From the human T2T-CHM13v2.0 reference genome, Homo sapiens: DNA of 64,000 nucleotides. Shown here piece by piece: positions 1 through 14,235 of this stretch. The translations under genes were made by a program, and so were the position numbers. The stretch is taken from assembly GCF_009914755.1 (NCBI RefSeq), contig NC_060929.1; one strand, given 5' to 3'. Numbering within the stretch: the first letter of the stretch is position 1; each line of letters starts with the position of its first letter. The notes beneath the pieces were generated by a model. The model saw nothing but the letters and a program-made list of their open reading frames with translations. It did no database searches and had not been told where the DNA came from.

Positions 1-629
1 TGCTGTTTTCAACAGCCTGCTGGGCAAATCTATCAGGTTCCAAAGAAGTAGTCTGTTTTGCATTCCTCCTTGCCATTTTTCCTTCCCCATTCAGTTCATC
101 CTTGCTTCTTTTTTGCATCCCAAGCCATTGCATTTACTCAGCTCTGTAGGAGAGACTGGGAAACCCTGGCACTATCCCAAGTATGTAGTTTATGAAGTCC
201 CCTGTCACCAAATTAATTAAAGGGACTCTTTCATTTGCCTGTCTACACCCACCCAAATATGACAATAAATGTGTAATCTTGTGACTTGTTTCTTTTTTCC
301 CCACCATTTGAATTCAGCCTTAGACTCATAGTTGTTGAAGTATAGAGGATATAGAAGAAAGGCATCATTAATATGATTTGGTCTGACACACACCTACCCC
401 ACCCCATAGTTCCGTAGCAGTGCTTTATGAGGATAATGTGAATTAAAATGAAGTTTATGTTGAGACTATTTTGCTGTTGTATAATAGCCCTGACATAAAT
501 GGAGAAGCATTTGAGAGTCCCATCAGCCAAGGAGTAAGCTCATATTTATTTAGCATAGTCATAAAACAGGTTAGGTATCAGTCACTCACACTATTATTTT
601 GAACAGTAGAATTTTATAACCTGATGTTT

Positions 630-815
630 TAACATTTTTCTCGGGCATAGCTGAAGTCAGAGTCATCTGGAGACTTTATTGAACTACACAGACTGGGCCC
701 CACTGCAAGACTCATCGACAGCTTGAGTAAGGCCCAAGCTGGTAGATATTTTTAGTTTCCCAAGTGATTTGACATCGAGTTAGGCATAAGAACCATGAAA
801 CCAGACTTATACAAA
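630..815. mobile_element. MER5-like hAT-Charlie DNA transposon relic
   Basis: Degenerate MER5A-type motifs (agtcatctggagactttatt...ctgggccccac...tttcccaagtgatt...aagaacca); boundaries approximate. Confidence 0.5.
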
Positions 816-1139
816 TAAATATTGTATTTTATAGTGATCTATTATGTATGTCTTTATGAATAAGTGTGTGTCTATTATAAATATCCATTTATCACCATGT
901 CATGTTAATCCCTTTAGAACACCTATAATATAGGTATATTCTACGTAAATAAAATCTTTAGCTACAGATATATATATATTTATAGCTACAGATTATATAT
1001 ATATATTATATATTTATATATCTCCAGAAATATAGAATAGGCACAGATATTTTCCTAACAATTATACACAATTCCTGAATGATACATTCTGCTTGTAATA
1101 TGGAAGTTATGAATTCTCTGGGCTATAAACATTTCAATA

Positions 1140-1250
1140 GTCATAGTAATGATCTTTTATGGAACTCATTCTATGTGCACTGTGCTGGGATAAATGTTTT
1201 TCCTGCATTATCTCACTTAATCCTCACAACAAACCTGTGAAACTAGTGCT
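1140..1250 (-). mobile_element. MIR SINE fragment
   Basis: attatctcacttaatcctcacaacaaacctgtga is the reverse complement of the MIR core. Confidence 0.65.
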
Positions 1251-1404
1251 TGCATTTCTGCTCTAATGTAATATATGCATTCTTTAAAAATCTTGCAATG
1301 TGCAAAATTATGCAGTGAAAACAAACCAAGATGATTTATAGTAAATCTGTGTTAGAGCAGACCATTCAAAACCTATACAAACTGGTAACTAGGGCATCAA
1401 CAAA

Positions 1405-1657
1405 ACAAAAGACAATTTCATAAAATAACAAAAGACAATTTTATAAAATAACACACTGACAGAGTATCATAAATGTCTGATTCATTTGTGTTTGTGTGTA
1501 TATGTATATATACACACACATATATATACACACATATATATACCTTTATTTTATAAATATATGTACCTTTAATAAAAAAGATAGATTGATTAGAACCTGA
1601 TTTAATATATAACATTAATGAAATAAAGATAAATTGATTAGAACCTGATTTAATATA
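1405..1657. repeat. Cluster of local tandem duplications and (TA/CA)n microsatellite
   Basis: 23-bp unit twice (from 1405 and 1428); (TA)/(CA) tract ~1495-1541; aaagatarattgattagaacctgatttaatata at 1577-1609 and 1625-1657. Confidence 0.9.
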
Positions 1658-3499
1658 GATTCACTCCCCTTGACATAAAACTGAGATCCATGCCTGTGGC
1701 CTTCTGGTGATCTAACCTCAAGTACTAGAGGGGTGAATGGATCACATACATACCCCACAGGCAAGTTTCCTAACCCATCATTCCTCTTAGGCTTTCAGTA
1801 GAAGCTTAGAATCAAATAATCTTATGTGATACTCTCTGAAGAAGGTTTGGCATTGCAATATATTCCACTGGTTATTTAAAATAGATCTGTGCGATCTGAA
1901 AATCAAACTGGGTGTTAACGCGGTGGATTCCTAAATGAAAGTTTACTTTAAAAGATGTAAGTTCAGGTGTTCACGCAGGCACCTATTTCTCTCAGAAGAG
2001 GACTTTTGACAAAAGATTGACCCAAGGACAAAAGAACAAGAGTGGTGTGACAAATCATTCCAACAGAAAAACTTTGCTAAGGATAGCTAATGAAAAGTAA
2101 GCCAAAAATTAGTTCTACTCTTCTACCCTCTCTGTCAGGCAAAGCAAAAAAAAAAAAAAAAGATGATTTCTCGAACTCTTAATAGCTCATAAGAGGAGCC
2201 ATGCCAGTTTCTCTGGAGATACCAGCCCAACCTACCCTCCAACCCCCAAAACACACCCAGAATTCCAAAAGATTCCAATATCTTTAAGGCTTTGTATAAA
2301 AAGCATTAAACAATCATGTCTGTTATGGCTGATAGCAGTGCTACCAATGTGTAGATGCCACTTATTATATGGCCATTTCTATACACGTACCTGTAGGTAA
2401 GACTCCATAAAGTAATTTAAATTATATTTTATTATTTAAAATCTTTCAGGTTTGGGGCGATGGAAAATGTCTGCTGTGTATTGTTCAGTATTGTTTCAAT
2501 TTTTGCAATGTGTATATACTGTTTCAATAATCATAACAATAATAAAATGATTCTAATTTTAGCATAAAAGATGGTTCCCATTAACACCGTTTTGACCTGA
2601 CCCCTATGCCAAAATAAGTTTGCTCAGTACTCAGTGAGAAGGATGCTGGTCCTCTTAGTTGTCCAATGGGGAAGTTCTCTGAAACATCATTTGTCTCTAC
2701 TAAAGCCCTTGACATTTGTTCCTTCAACTAAGATGCATAGAACATCCACTATGTAAACTATATGTCAAGTACTTGAGAATGTGATGGCCAGGTTCAGTAT
2801 TTAGCATACCAAATGCTTGTAGTAGCATAGGAGGATAATAGTCTGTGATTGAAAAGAAAATCCAAATCACTGCTCAAATACTCACTTTCAGGCTGGTGGT
2901 CTCAGAAAAGGGGGTCAAGTTTAGAGACCCCAATTGAATCTACAGCTTCTATTAAATTTGAACCCTAGGGACACCTTTTCTCCAATACCTTATTTTTTTT
3001 TTTGAGTGTAGAACAATTCATATTATATACACCCTTCTATTGACCTGTCTATTTGAACCCTGCAGGCACTTGACAACTAATGAATAAAATAATATTGTGT
3101 GCTCTTGGGGCTACTGCAGACTCTTTTGTGTCTATAACGGCTCTTATTTTTCCAGCAACTGGGAGAGGATACAACATGGTGAGAGGCTGTGTAGAATAAC
3201 TGAGATAGCATGGGCTAAACCCCAGGGGCACTAATGACATTGTATCCACAGAGCAAAATTTGAATGTTCTGTAATGATGTCATTAAACTCCTGAAAAAGC
3301 TAACTTATTGCTGACTAGAATTTCTCCATTACATTCTCTTTAAAAGAGGAATAAACTCCAGGGTGTGTAGCTATGCATGGGTGTTGACGTTGAATAGCTG
3401 CCTCCAGTCACTCTGCTGAAACTGGCTGACCTTCTTGCGTGCAGTTTAGTCAACTCAGCTGCCCTTTCAATGAAGACAAATGAATTTCCAGGATTATGC

Positions 3500-3520
3500 A
3501 GGTCAGGTCACCTTAGGTCA
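3500..3520 (+). promoter_or_regulatory. Perfect DR4 nuclear receptor element (TR/RXR or LXR/RXR type) with a third overlapping half-site
   Basis: AGGTCA-cctt-AGGTCA at 3505-3520, plus AGGTCA at 3500-3505; motif seen directly, function inferred. Confidence 0.5.
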
Positions 3521-3789
3521 AAAACTGATTATACAGTCATGCCATCACCTTTGTTCTACCTGGGTATCTTTGAACGTTTATTCTTTAGGTGCTCACCTTT
3601 GATTTGGTGCCCCCAAAATGTTTATTCCTGTAAAAGTACATATGCAAGTCAAATACAGAAACCCATAACTGATGCCTCTAACAAATTCACATTTTTTCCC
3701 ATGGAGGCAGATATGCAAAACTGACAGTCAAAAGCATTTATTTGAAAGGCAGAATTGCAGTAAAGGAAAATAATAATAATTTTTAACAG

Positions 3790-3960
3790 ACATTAAAAAT
3801 TCGAGACCAAGTTTCTACTGCTTATAACTTGCCTTGGACAAGTTATATCATCTCCGTGTGTCTCAATTTCCTCACCTGTCAAGTGGGGGCATTAATAGCA
3901 CCCCCCTCTTGGGGTGGATCAAGTGAGATAAAGATTTAAAGTACTTAGTAAGTATTCAGA
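3790..3960 (+). mobile_element. MIR SINE
   Basis: ccttggacaagttatatcatctccgtgtgtctcaatttcctcacctgtcaagtggggg matches MIR core. Confidence 0.75.
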
Positions 3961-4849
3961 ATGTGGATCGTGCAAGAGTAACTGTACGTGAACTTTTATC
4001 AGAGGAGCATTAGTTAACAGAAATGTTATCTTTCTAAAGCCAGAATTTAGGTTGTGTTTCTATACTAGCTGGTCACATTGTCAGCATTGAAGCTTTTATA
4101 AATGTCTTCTAGCAAATCACCACAATTTTTACATTGTTGGGCTCTGCTGAGCTCTAGCCCCAGACAACTCCAAATTTGCATTTCTCACTTTTGCCTTCTT
4201 CATTTCACTGTCTCAAAAAACAAATGCAAGAAAGTAAATCTTCAACTTAGAACACCCATTCTGTCAAACTGATGTGCTGTCTGATGAATGGTGAGAAAAA
4301 AAGAAACACATCACCCCAGGAATATGTAAGCTCTCCAAAAATATCAAGTAAGCCCAATGCCAATATAATATAATGAGAGTTTGTAAGTGCTTATAGTCTA
4401 ATGAAATTGGCATGGTTTATTAATGGGCTGTGCCTCCTTTGAATTTGGAAGACAAAATGTCTTGTTTCCTGTGATTTGGTGTGATACACAAAGACTTTTG
4501 ATATCTGCTGATATTTAAATGAACCCAAGGATGTAGAATTCGATAGTAAATTGTCACTTGAAATTCTCAAGAAGAGAATCTATTTTCAGATAACAGTGAT
4601 CCTCTGCTTCCATTAATAATCTTGGGCTCTCTAAAATTATATGAACCCACAGTACATTTTTGTACCATGTGGCTGATGCACACCTTGAAAGGCTATGTCT
4701 GAGTGTTCAACGACTTGTTATTGCTATGTTCACGTGTCACCAGGACTGCCTGGCTTTAATCAAAGCATCCCTGGGGTCATTTGAAAACAACTATTTACAG
4801 AAACTTTGGACATTTTCTTGACCACATGATTTAATGACTTTATATGGGA

Positions 4850-5000
4850 GGTAGTCTTGCACAGTGGATAAGGAGGTTAGAATCCCAGCTCTGCTACTTA
4901 AAATTTGGTGGCTTTATTTCAGGGTCTGTATCTTTCTATCAACATAGTGGGAAAAATAATAGTACCTAGCTCAAAGGGAGTAAATGAGATCTGGTACACG
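4850..5000 (+). mobile_element. MIR SINE fragment
   Basis: gaatcccagctctgctactta...aaaataatagtacctagctca...taaatgagat. Confidence 0.65.
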
Positions 5001-7109
5001 TCCAGAATGAAAACAGAAGCAATTGTTATGTTAAGTCAGAGAGTCGCATTTTCATGTAGACAGTACCACAAAAATATTGTTAGATCCAAATAATAACACA
5101 GTAAATTTATCTTCCCTCCATTTTCCCATGTTATCCCAGTTACTGTACACTGCTCAGGTTGCTTGGGTAGTACATGAATGTCAAAGATCAGTCTGACTTT
5201 CAAAACCTTAGGAAAATTTACCTACCCCATGAAGCCTGACAATGACCTAGAACAGACAACATGAACTCTCAAGCCCATTCAAGGAGCCATATTATCTAAG
5301 CCCTGGATCACTGTAACAACTCCTTATTTACACAGCACATTCATTCCACACATGGTCAAATTTTCCAGAATATGGATGTCATAGGTGTCATTGTTTTAGA
5401 GGCAGGTCCATGCTATTAATCTTTGATTATTAGTATATTTTTCTACCTCTGCTATTTTCAACTTATACTGCAGCCTGTTTCTTTACACAGATTTTTTTTG
5501 CTTTGAAATTAACTACCTTTATCTCACTCATTAGTCCCCTTCTTTACTCATTCTTCTTCATCCATCGCTAAACAATTATCCCATAAACCAGCTGTCAAAA
5601 CGCAAGATGTGGTTCCCGGTTTAATTGGGAACATACAGTCTGGGTGAAAAGGGAAAACTCAATGCACCTGCTCTTTATTCTTATTTCTAATGTCTGGTAC
5701 TCAAGAGTACTTTGACAAATCAGAAAATGAACTTGAAAATGTGTACAAAGCAATATGGCAAGTATAAAGCTATCCTGTCACACATAGAATATATACATTT
5801 GTGTCTGCCCCAGAGAAGAGTGATCACGGTTAAGGGGTTTCATTCACAGAAAGAAGACTTCCTGGAGAAAGAGTGTGTGTGTCTGTTTCAGAAGCTGAAA
5901 AGGCTGCTTTGGGATGATAGTTTTTATGCAAAGTGACTGCTACCTGCTGCTTTATTCTGCATTCATCTCTTATAAATAATATGTTTTTAATAAGCCACTG
6001 TATCTTTTGTTGGAACAATGCTTCCTAGAATTAAACACACATTTCCCTCACTTTCAAAACGCCCTTGAAAACGTTGTGATTATACTGGGTCTTTCTTTGT
6101 GACTCTTATGTGTTTTGTCATCAAGAAAAAGTCAAGCTAATTGAACTATATGAGGACAGTGTACCTGAAAATGACCTCCTGAAGTCAGCTGCTGTCTATA
6201 GGTAATTCTCTCAACTAAATGTATGCATGTTGGACAATAAGGGCACAAGGTGGTCCGTGGCCTTTCCCTCTGCGCTCCATGCAGACTATTCCATCTGCCT
6301 TTCCACATGTGGAGGACAAAGGAATGTCATCAAGTCTCTTTCTCAGTTCCTAGTCTAACAGCGAACCCTTGTTTAATAATATCCCAGTGTTTCTAGTTAC
6401 CCCAAGAGAATAATATAACCTGAAATGATTCCCTAAACACAGCTTATTTTAATTATTCCTAATGATAAGCAAAATTTTACCAAACGATTCTTTAAAGCAA
6501 AGAATCACATTTGCTTTGAATATGTTATTATGCATATTGCTTGTCACACCACACATAAAGATCTTCTTTACAAAGATCTGCAAGGAAACATTTCTTATGA
6601 CAGTACTGGAATAGATGAGGTAGAGAACAACTGCTTTTTTTTTTTCTTTTTAAGACATTATAATTTGTTAGAACTTTTTGGTTTCTCTTGGTTGGTAGGC
6701 AAATCAGAGCAAAAGGTTTGCTGTGATTGCTGTCTTCCATCAAAATCTGTCAGAATACATTATGGCATGTATTCTGTGTACTAACCTTACCTATTTTTTT
6801 ATTTTTCAACTTTTATTCACCACCCAAAAAGCATCATCATTTTGTAAAATCTTGCTTTCAACATAGATTTCTATAGGAAGTATCAAGTGGTTTTGGCGAC
6901 CATTTAGTTCCAAAATATGGTTTATATATTTTAATGATATTTATATATGATAATTATATGTTTATATACTTATTATATATTTATATATGATAATTACAGA
7001 AAATACTATAAACCTATTTATTAAAATACCAGAGATTCTAAGATAAGTTTGAATAGAATGTGGTTCAAATTATTAATTTCTCTTCCCCAAATTTAACAGA
7101 TCCAAGCTA

Positions 7110-7525
7110 CTATACTATTTATAATGTAGAAGAACTAGAAATAGTCTAAAAGTTAATCAATAGGCAATTGGTTAAATATTGATATGTTGATGTAATAAAA
7201 TAATATGTGACTGCTAAAATCATGATATAGAATAATACTTAAAGACATGGAATTATATTTGTGGTATATTGTAATTTAAAATGACAGGTCACAGAGTAGT
7301 CTATGACTGTTTCTGTTATGCACAAGAATAGATTTTAATACATATGCAAACACATGCAGAAAAGATTAAAAATATCTGCCATAAAATTATGACTGTCTCT
7401 AGATAATGGAATTACAGGTGATTTTTCTATTTATTTTATTTTTGTGATTTTTATTTTGTATTTCCTAATTCTCTACGATTAACATATGTTATATTTGTAA
7501 TCAGGGAAAAGTAAATGTCTGAAAA
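7110..7525 (+). mobile_element. Old L1 (L1MC/L1ME-type) 3' region fragment
   Basis: tatttataat...caataggcaattggttaaata...gacatgg...ggaattacaggtgatttt resembles ancient L1 3' ends. Confidence 0.65.
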
Positions 7526-7719
7526 AGCAAGATACGAAACACTTCTTGTTATCACGTATAACAGATTAGTTCTTCCTTTTAAAATAAGCCATTAAAAAGG
7601 ATTCTTATATACTCAATGCAGGGCGTTTTTTACTTCAGTGGCAATGGTATATAGTGCCTGAAGATTGGTAAAAATAGCTAATAAGCAGATTCTGTGCACA
7701 GATTTATCCTTTTCTTCCC

Positions 7720-7900
7720 TCTGTCCTCCCACCGGAGTCTGTGTTTCTGTCACAGCACTTGTTACTTAAAAGTCCAGTTATTTGCTTATTATCCTTTGAT
7801 TCCAGCCCCAGCCACCCATTAGACTGCATCTCATTTGAGGGCAAAGATGAATCACATTTTTTTAGGCATTCCATAAATGTTTGTGGAGTGAGTGAGTGTG
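7720..7900 (+). mobile_element. L2 LINE 3' end
   Basis: attagactgcatctcatttgagggcaaaga...ataaatgtttgtggagtgagtgagtg. Confidence 0.6.
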
Positions 7901-9369
7901 TGGCTGAGTGAAAGTAAAAAAAGAAGAAACCCTTGGTGCCAATCAGGCCAGAATAGCAGCAGACAAGACGCCTTCTCTCACAGCCAATTTTCTTGGCTGA
8001 CTTTGTCAGTATAATTGCTTCAAATCCGTATTTTCTCTACCTATCTAGCTCCAGCCTAAATGTTGAATATTGTATTTTCCCTCAAAGAATGTCAATAAAG
8101 ATTTTATTTTTTTCAATTACTGTTGCAGAGAATGTTTCCCTTTAGGAAAACTAAAATTTAATAACTTTTCTTCGGCAAAGTTGACGATCTCTTTATTCTC
8201 GCCATGATGACTGTAGTCAATCAGGAGTCAGTTGGAAGCCAAGCTGAACATAAAGTAATTAAAAGAAAACCCAAACACAAATGCACCCTCTTGAAAACCT
8301 AATCACATTATGAGCTCTAAGCATGAGTTATGAGGTAGCTGTGGCTGGCTGGGTTTTGATGAAGTACCCATAATTTCATATCAGCTGCCACAGGACTTTC
8401 TGACTTCTCTATAACTTTAAAATGTGATTTACCCTGTTATCATCTACTTATACAGTCTTCAAGATCTACCTAGGAATAAATAGTACTAATAACATTCTAA
8501 GCTGTATTGCTGTAAGATTCTTATTTTTCCATATTCATATGGTAAAATTCAAATGATAAAAATAAAGTAGGTAATTCATTAGATTTCAAAGCTCTGGCTG
8601 TTAAAATAAAAGCATTTCCTCAATTCAGAAATCCTGGCATGAATTCATATGTTATCAGCTAGTACTATAGATGAACTTCTTTTGAAAATATGTACATTAT
8701 TTTTATTCACTTTAGATTAGGAGTAATTTGATTTACTTAAAGTTAAGCGGGTATGCGGTAGTGATTAATTTCAACATAATATATTCATAATTCCACTCTT
8801 ACCAGTTTTCTCTCTTGGTACTGCATGCAAATCTTTATTTTTAAAAAGGTAATTTAATAGGAAAACCTTTGAAACTAATTTCTTAGGCAGTTTTCCTGAA
8901 ACATGTTATTAGAAATTGATACTTTGGCATTATAAGCAGTGTAGATTTCTATTGTGGACCAGTATTTTGCAGAAAGAGTTACATTTTATTGATGAAAAAT
9001 CTAAAGTATAGTCAGTGTCCCTACATGTAAAAAAAGGAAGGCTGAACCTTCTTGCAATGTTCACCTGGAATAGGCTGGGAGCTTTTCTAGAATGAATGAA
9101 GCATTTATGGCTTATGGTCCATCATGGTGGTAATGCTTTTTTAAGTCAGCTCTTTTCATTGGCCAAGATAACCTTTATTTTTAAGTGAACACACTTTTTA
9201 TAACCATCTGGTTAAGTGTCATCAGTCTGTCTCTGCATTACCTTCTCTTTTCCTTGTTAACTCCTTACCCTGTGTCTTTAAGACACAGGCTTTGGAGAAA
9301 GTATTTCCCAGCCTGTAGTGGACTTTCCTTCTCAGTGCTCCCATAGGCTTTGCAGCTGAACTATTTAAT

Positions 9370-9965
9370 TCATCGCTCCATCTTCCAACCAATATTGAGC
9401 CCATTTAATGCCAGTTATAGTACTTGGCACTGGGCATGGTGATAAAAAATCATGCCTGTCTTTATACGATTATGGACTTTCAGAAAAAAAATAGCCACAA
9501 GTAGGGACTTTTGGGAAAAATTATGCCCTAACATAGAATAAGTTAAAAAAAAAAAATCCCTAAGAAAGAGTTGGGGGAAAGGTTTCCAGGTAAAAAGGCA
9601 TTATAAAGACTGGGGGCAAATGAAGGAGTGGTGGTTCACAAATCAGAAGTTACAGGTCAGAGGGTGAAGGCTAGAAATGAAGTGGGGAGATTGAAAAGGG
9701 TGAGATATTGGGAAGTCCTCTAAGTTACAGTTAGGATGTTACCTTAAAGACCGAGAAATATCTTAAGCACGGAGTGACACGAGGAGATGCACAGTTTAGA
9801 AAGCTTAGTTTGGCCAAGGTGTGGAAAATAAATAGACAGGACCTAGTTGAGAAGCTGTAGATGCTGTAAACCAGATGAGAGACGACGGTGGCCCAGATTA
9901 GCAGAAGAGTGTGGAGATGCAAAGTACTGGACTGAACCCAATAATGCTTAGGAAATGGCAGGACT
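9370..9965 (-). mobile_element. L2 LINE fragment
   Basis: Purine-rich antisense L2 motifs (tattgagccc...tttagaaagctt...ccagatgagagacgacggtggcc...gtggagatg). Confidence 0.65.
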
Positions 9966-10489
9966 TTGAGATAAAAACATCTATCTACCACGCATCCTCG
10001 TCATTCCAAATTACAATTGTTTATTTTGCTAGATCCCCTGTGTAACTGAGTTTTTTATAGGCATTTTTTATAAATCTGGAGCCTAACTCACTGCTTAACA
10101 CATTTTAAGTGCTTGGTGCACATTAAGGAATAAACCTTGATTGATGCTGTGTCATAAACTTGAATGATGTTGTTTTTAGTGTATCCGTGCCTCTAGAAAA
10201 CAGTTCTACTGAAACTGTAAGAGAAATGAAGTTGTGATTTGAGTTGCTAACTACAAAATGGTTTTCAAATTTAATTTTCTGTTTTCACATTTTAAAACAA
10301 TTACGAAGTCAACCTTCAAAATGGGAATTTTTACTCTATAATTATATATGCTTATAAATTGTTTTAATATGCTCCCTAAACCCCATAGTTCAAACCACAT
10401 TTTCAATATTATTGTTTCAATTATTTCAGAATTTTTCTAGCATCTATATGCACACGGACACACACATTGTTTTTCTTCTTTTCTTCTTT

Positions 10490-11030
10490 TTTAATAGAAA
10501 AGGAATTATACACTACATATAGTTGTGCTCCTTGCTTTTTCCTAATAGCATATCATGGCTATCTTTCCATTTTAGACATATAGCCTAGCTCATTGAACAG
10601 CTGCAGCTAATTTCAGAGATGGAAGTACAATGATTTTATTATTCCCCTACTAATAGGCATTTATGTTATACCTATTTTATGTGATGTCATAAGCAATGAT
10701 GGAATGAATAACTTTGTATATATACTTAATTTCTACTGGACAGATACCTAAAATTAGGCTTGCTGAATGACAGGATATATGCATATTAAGAGTATGTGTG
10801 CTTGTGTGTGTATGTATATGTGTATATATACATCCATATTCTAGCTATGTATTTGTTTATATATATATGCCCATGTTCTAATTATGTATATATGTATGCA
10901 TATCATATACATAATACATACAAATATATGTACACATGCCCAAATTGCCCTCCAAAAAGATTGTACCAATTTGTTATCCCACCATTAGTGTAGGAGTACC
11001 CAGTTTTCCATATCCTCATCAAAACTGGCC
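10490..11030 (-). mobile_element. Old L1ME-type fragment with internal (TA/TG) low-complexity tract
   Basis: ttcccctactaataggcattta...ccaaattgccctccaaaaagattgtaccaattt...ttttccatatcctcatcaa. Confidence 0.7.
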
Positions 11031-11079
11031 AAGGTAGGAAAAACATTTTTATCTCTTTCAATTTTATATGTCTGGGTGA

Positions 11080-11755
<676 letters not shown>

Positions 11756-11898
11756 TGATAAAATGATTATCAATAATTTTGAAAAATTATTCTTCTTGGA
11801 TTCTGGCAAACTCCTCTGGGATAGGTGTTTCCCTTCTTTCATAGTATTGGTGTTCCTTTTATATGGAGATTCTTTGTTAACCGTTCGTATTTATATGT

Positions 11899-11996
11899 AC
11901 AGGCAGAGCTCAGGCTGTAATGCTCGCTCACCTGCCATTCACCTCCTGCTGCGTGGCTTGGTTCCCAACAGACGGCCTGGGGATTAGAGACTCCCA
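11899..11996 (+). mobile_element. MER1-type hAT-Charlie transposon terminal fragment
   Basis: aggcagagctcaggctgtaatgctcgctcacctgccattcacctcctgctgcgtggcttggttcccaacag matches MER1B. Confidence 0.8.
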
Positions 11997-13974
11997 ACTT
12001 TAGATGATATAGGCACAGAACTGTCAGGCAAACTGGGGACCCTGGCTGTAACAGCAAGACTTATGGTATTAGATGCTTGATAAAATGTAATCAGACTTTC
12101 TCATAGTTTACATTACACAGAATAATTATACTCAGGCTTTGTCCTTTGTTGTTTTATTGGTGAGGAGACAAATAATTAACAAAGAGGAAACACAGTAATG
12201 ACACCTTTCTTTCCCCAGGAAAAACTTTCAAATTACCTATAATAAGACTTGATTTAAAAATATATATCTCAAGACATTACTGCTTTTAAAGCACATGACA
12301 TCTGTTTAATGTATTGGACATGTCTGTTACCATAGTCTCCTGCACTAATGGATAATAATAATAGCAACTACACTTATTTCTTTCACAGCAATTATAATCT
12401 GTATTAATTGTGTACATTTGTTTGAGTTAGAGATTTATTGCCTGTATCCTCTAATATCTCTGTGACATGAAGGACCATGTCTTTTTTTTTTTCCCCCCCT
12501 GGGCATCAGAAATAAAAAGTCAAGAAAGTAGATATGGCCCTGGCTGCCATTTTTATATTAGTTTGTCCTAGTTGCTGAAAAGAAAGATGGCTCCTATGAT
12601 GTCATCCTTCCCCCGGTTGCACAAATGTCACTAACCTCTTAAGAGAAGAATACTGTCCATGCAAAATAGAATAATGTCCACTGCGCTTATCGTTAAAAAC
12701 TAGAGTGTGGTTTTGTTGTTGTTATATAAATACCTGGTTGAATGTAATATAATCCCAAAAGCTACTGATAATTGGGTTTATGTGGGAGAATAAACATAGG
12801 CAGCGTTAGAAATAACATTGCCATTTTCTCCATGCCCCAAATAGCATGGTTTCTTGAGATAGGGAAAACCATATTTGTCAGACCTGAAATTTATGTTTCT
12901 CTGAAAGGGGCACCTGACATTATAATGAAACTCACAAAAGCATGGAAAGAGGTTTGGAAGAAAACGAAATGTTCCAAAGTGTAGAAATAATTGATGGAAT
13001 CATAATAATGCTAATTTTAATAACAATCGATCTATGAATGGCCTGCCAGCTTCACTCTCCAACACATTGTACTCTTATTTATGATGACTGTAATGTAATT
13101 GGAAGTATTTTTCAGTTAAAAATGCGTGTAGTACTTGCATAAAAGGAATGCATCTTAGGTGGCTGGGTGGCCATTTTGCTTGCCTATGGCTCCCCAAGCT
13201 TTCAAAAAGAAGACATTGCACACTCCATGTGGATGTGGCAGTGGGGAAACCAGAAGGTCTCCTCCTGCAGCTGGCGAAAGAACCACCAGTGCCAGCTTCT
13301 CTTCTCCAGTCGTCATTCAATAAAAGGACGCAGACCAACACTAAAATTTATTTTGACGAGGAAAAACAGGAAGTACATACCCAGGCCTCTGTGATGAGGT
13401 CTCTAATACCCACTGGGTGCTTTTGCATGAGACAGATGGTCTCAGCCTTGCCTACCCATCCCAACTGGTTGGTGGTCTTTCCAAATGATGCCACCTGGCT
13501 CTTGGTTCTTATGTGGGTGAGCACAGGGGTAGCCTTTGTCTCACATAAGCACAAAGCAGGAGGCTTTTGCATTCTGGAGACTCTCAGTTCATTCTCTGTG
13601 CCTTCAGCATGAAAAATGCACCACTTTCTGTATCTACCTGATCGAGATTGAGGGCACACGCTGACATTTTATCCATGGTGTAAATGAGTAAGTACGTGGG
13701 GAGAATGAGTCATGCAACAAATAAAGAAATCTTGTGCTCTCAGATAGAGCTTGGGTAATATGTAAAGAAAGATTTTAAGTCTAAATCCCTTGTCTGTTTT
13801 TCCACATTGCTAGATGGGAAACAAAGAGATAATTTAGTTAAAACATTTTGTTGAGAGGATAAAGTATGCTATAGGCTATTTTAAGGGTACTAAATTATTT
13901 CCTTCCATCGCCAGAAGTCTTTTTCCCATTACTAATACGAACAGTCGTATTTGTTGTAATGTTATAACTGTCCT

Positions 13975-14235
13975 AATAAGAATACTCATCTTTACTGAGC
14001 ACCTACTATATTGAGCCATCTTCACATGCACTATCTCAGTTGATCTATGAATATTTTGTTAATAAATATCCAGGGTCTATTAATGCCACTATATCATAGA
14101 TGAGAGAAAACTGCAACATACAGAGCTGAAGCCGTGAGCCTAAAGGTACATTGCTTGTAAGTGGAAAAGCTAAATTGGAACTCACATAAGATCTTATGGA
14201 ATCTAGACCACCAGCTCTCAATTGGTACTCAGTGC
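13975..14235 (-). mobile_element. MIR SINE
   Basis: tttactgagcacctactat...catagatgagagaaaactg...aaggtaca. Confidence 0.65.

Noticed and set aside
8204-8248. C-box (ATGATGA) and D-box (CTGA) pair suggesting a snoRNA
   Set aside because: Only about 45 nt, no terminal stem and no recognisable guide.
8331-8352. TGAGGTAG let-7-like 5' sequence
   Set aside because: The rest does not match let-7 and no hairpin arm is evident.
13148-13612. 154-aa ORF in unique sequence
   Set aside because: No recognisable domain or convincing splice context; overlapping ORFs on both strands are consistent with chance.
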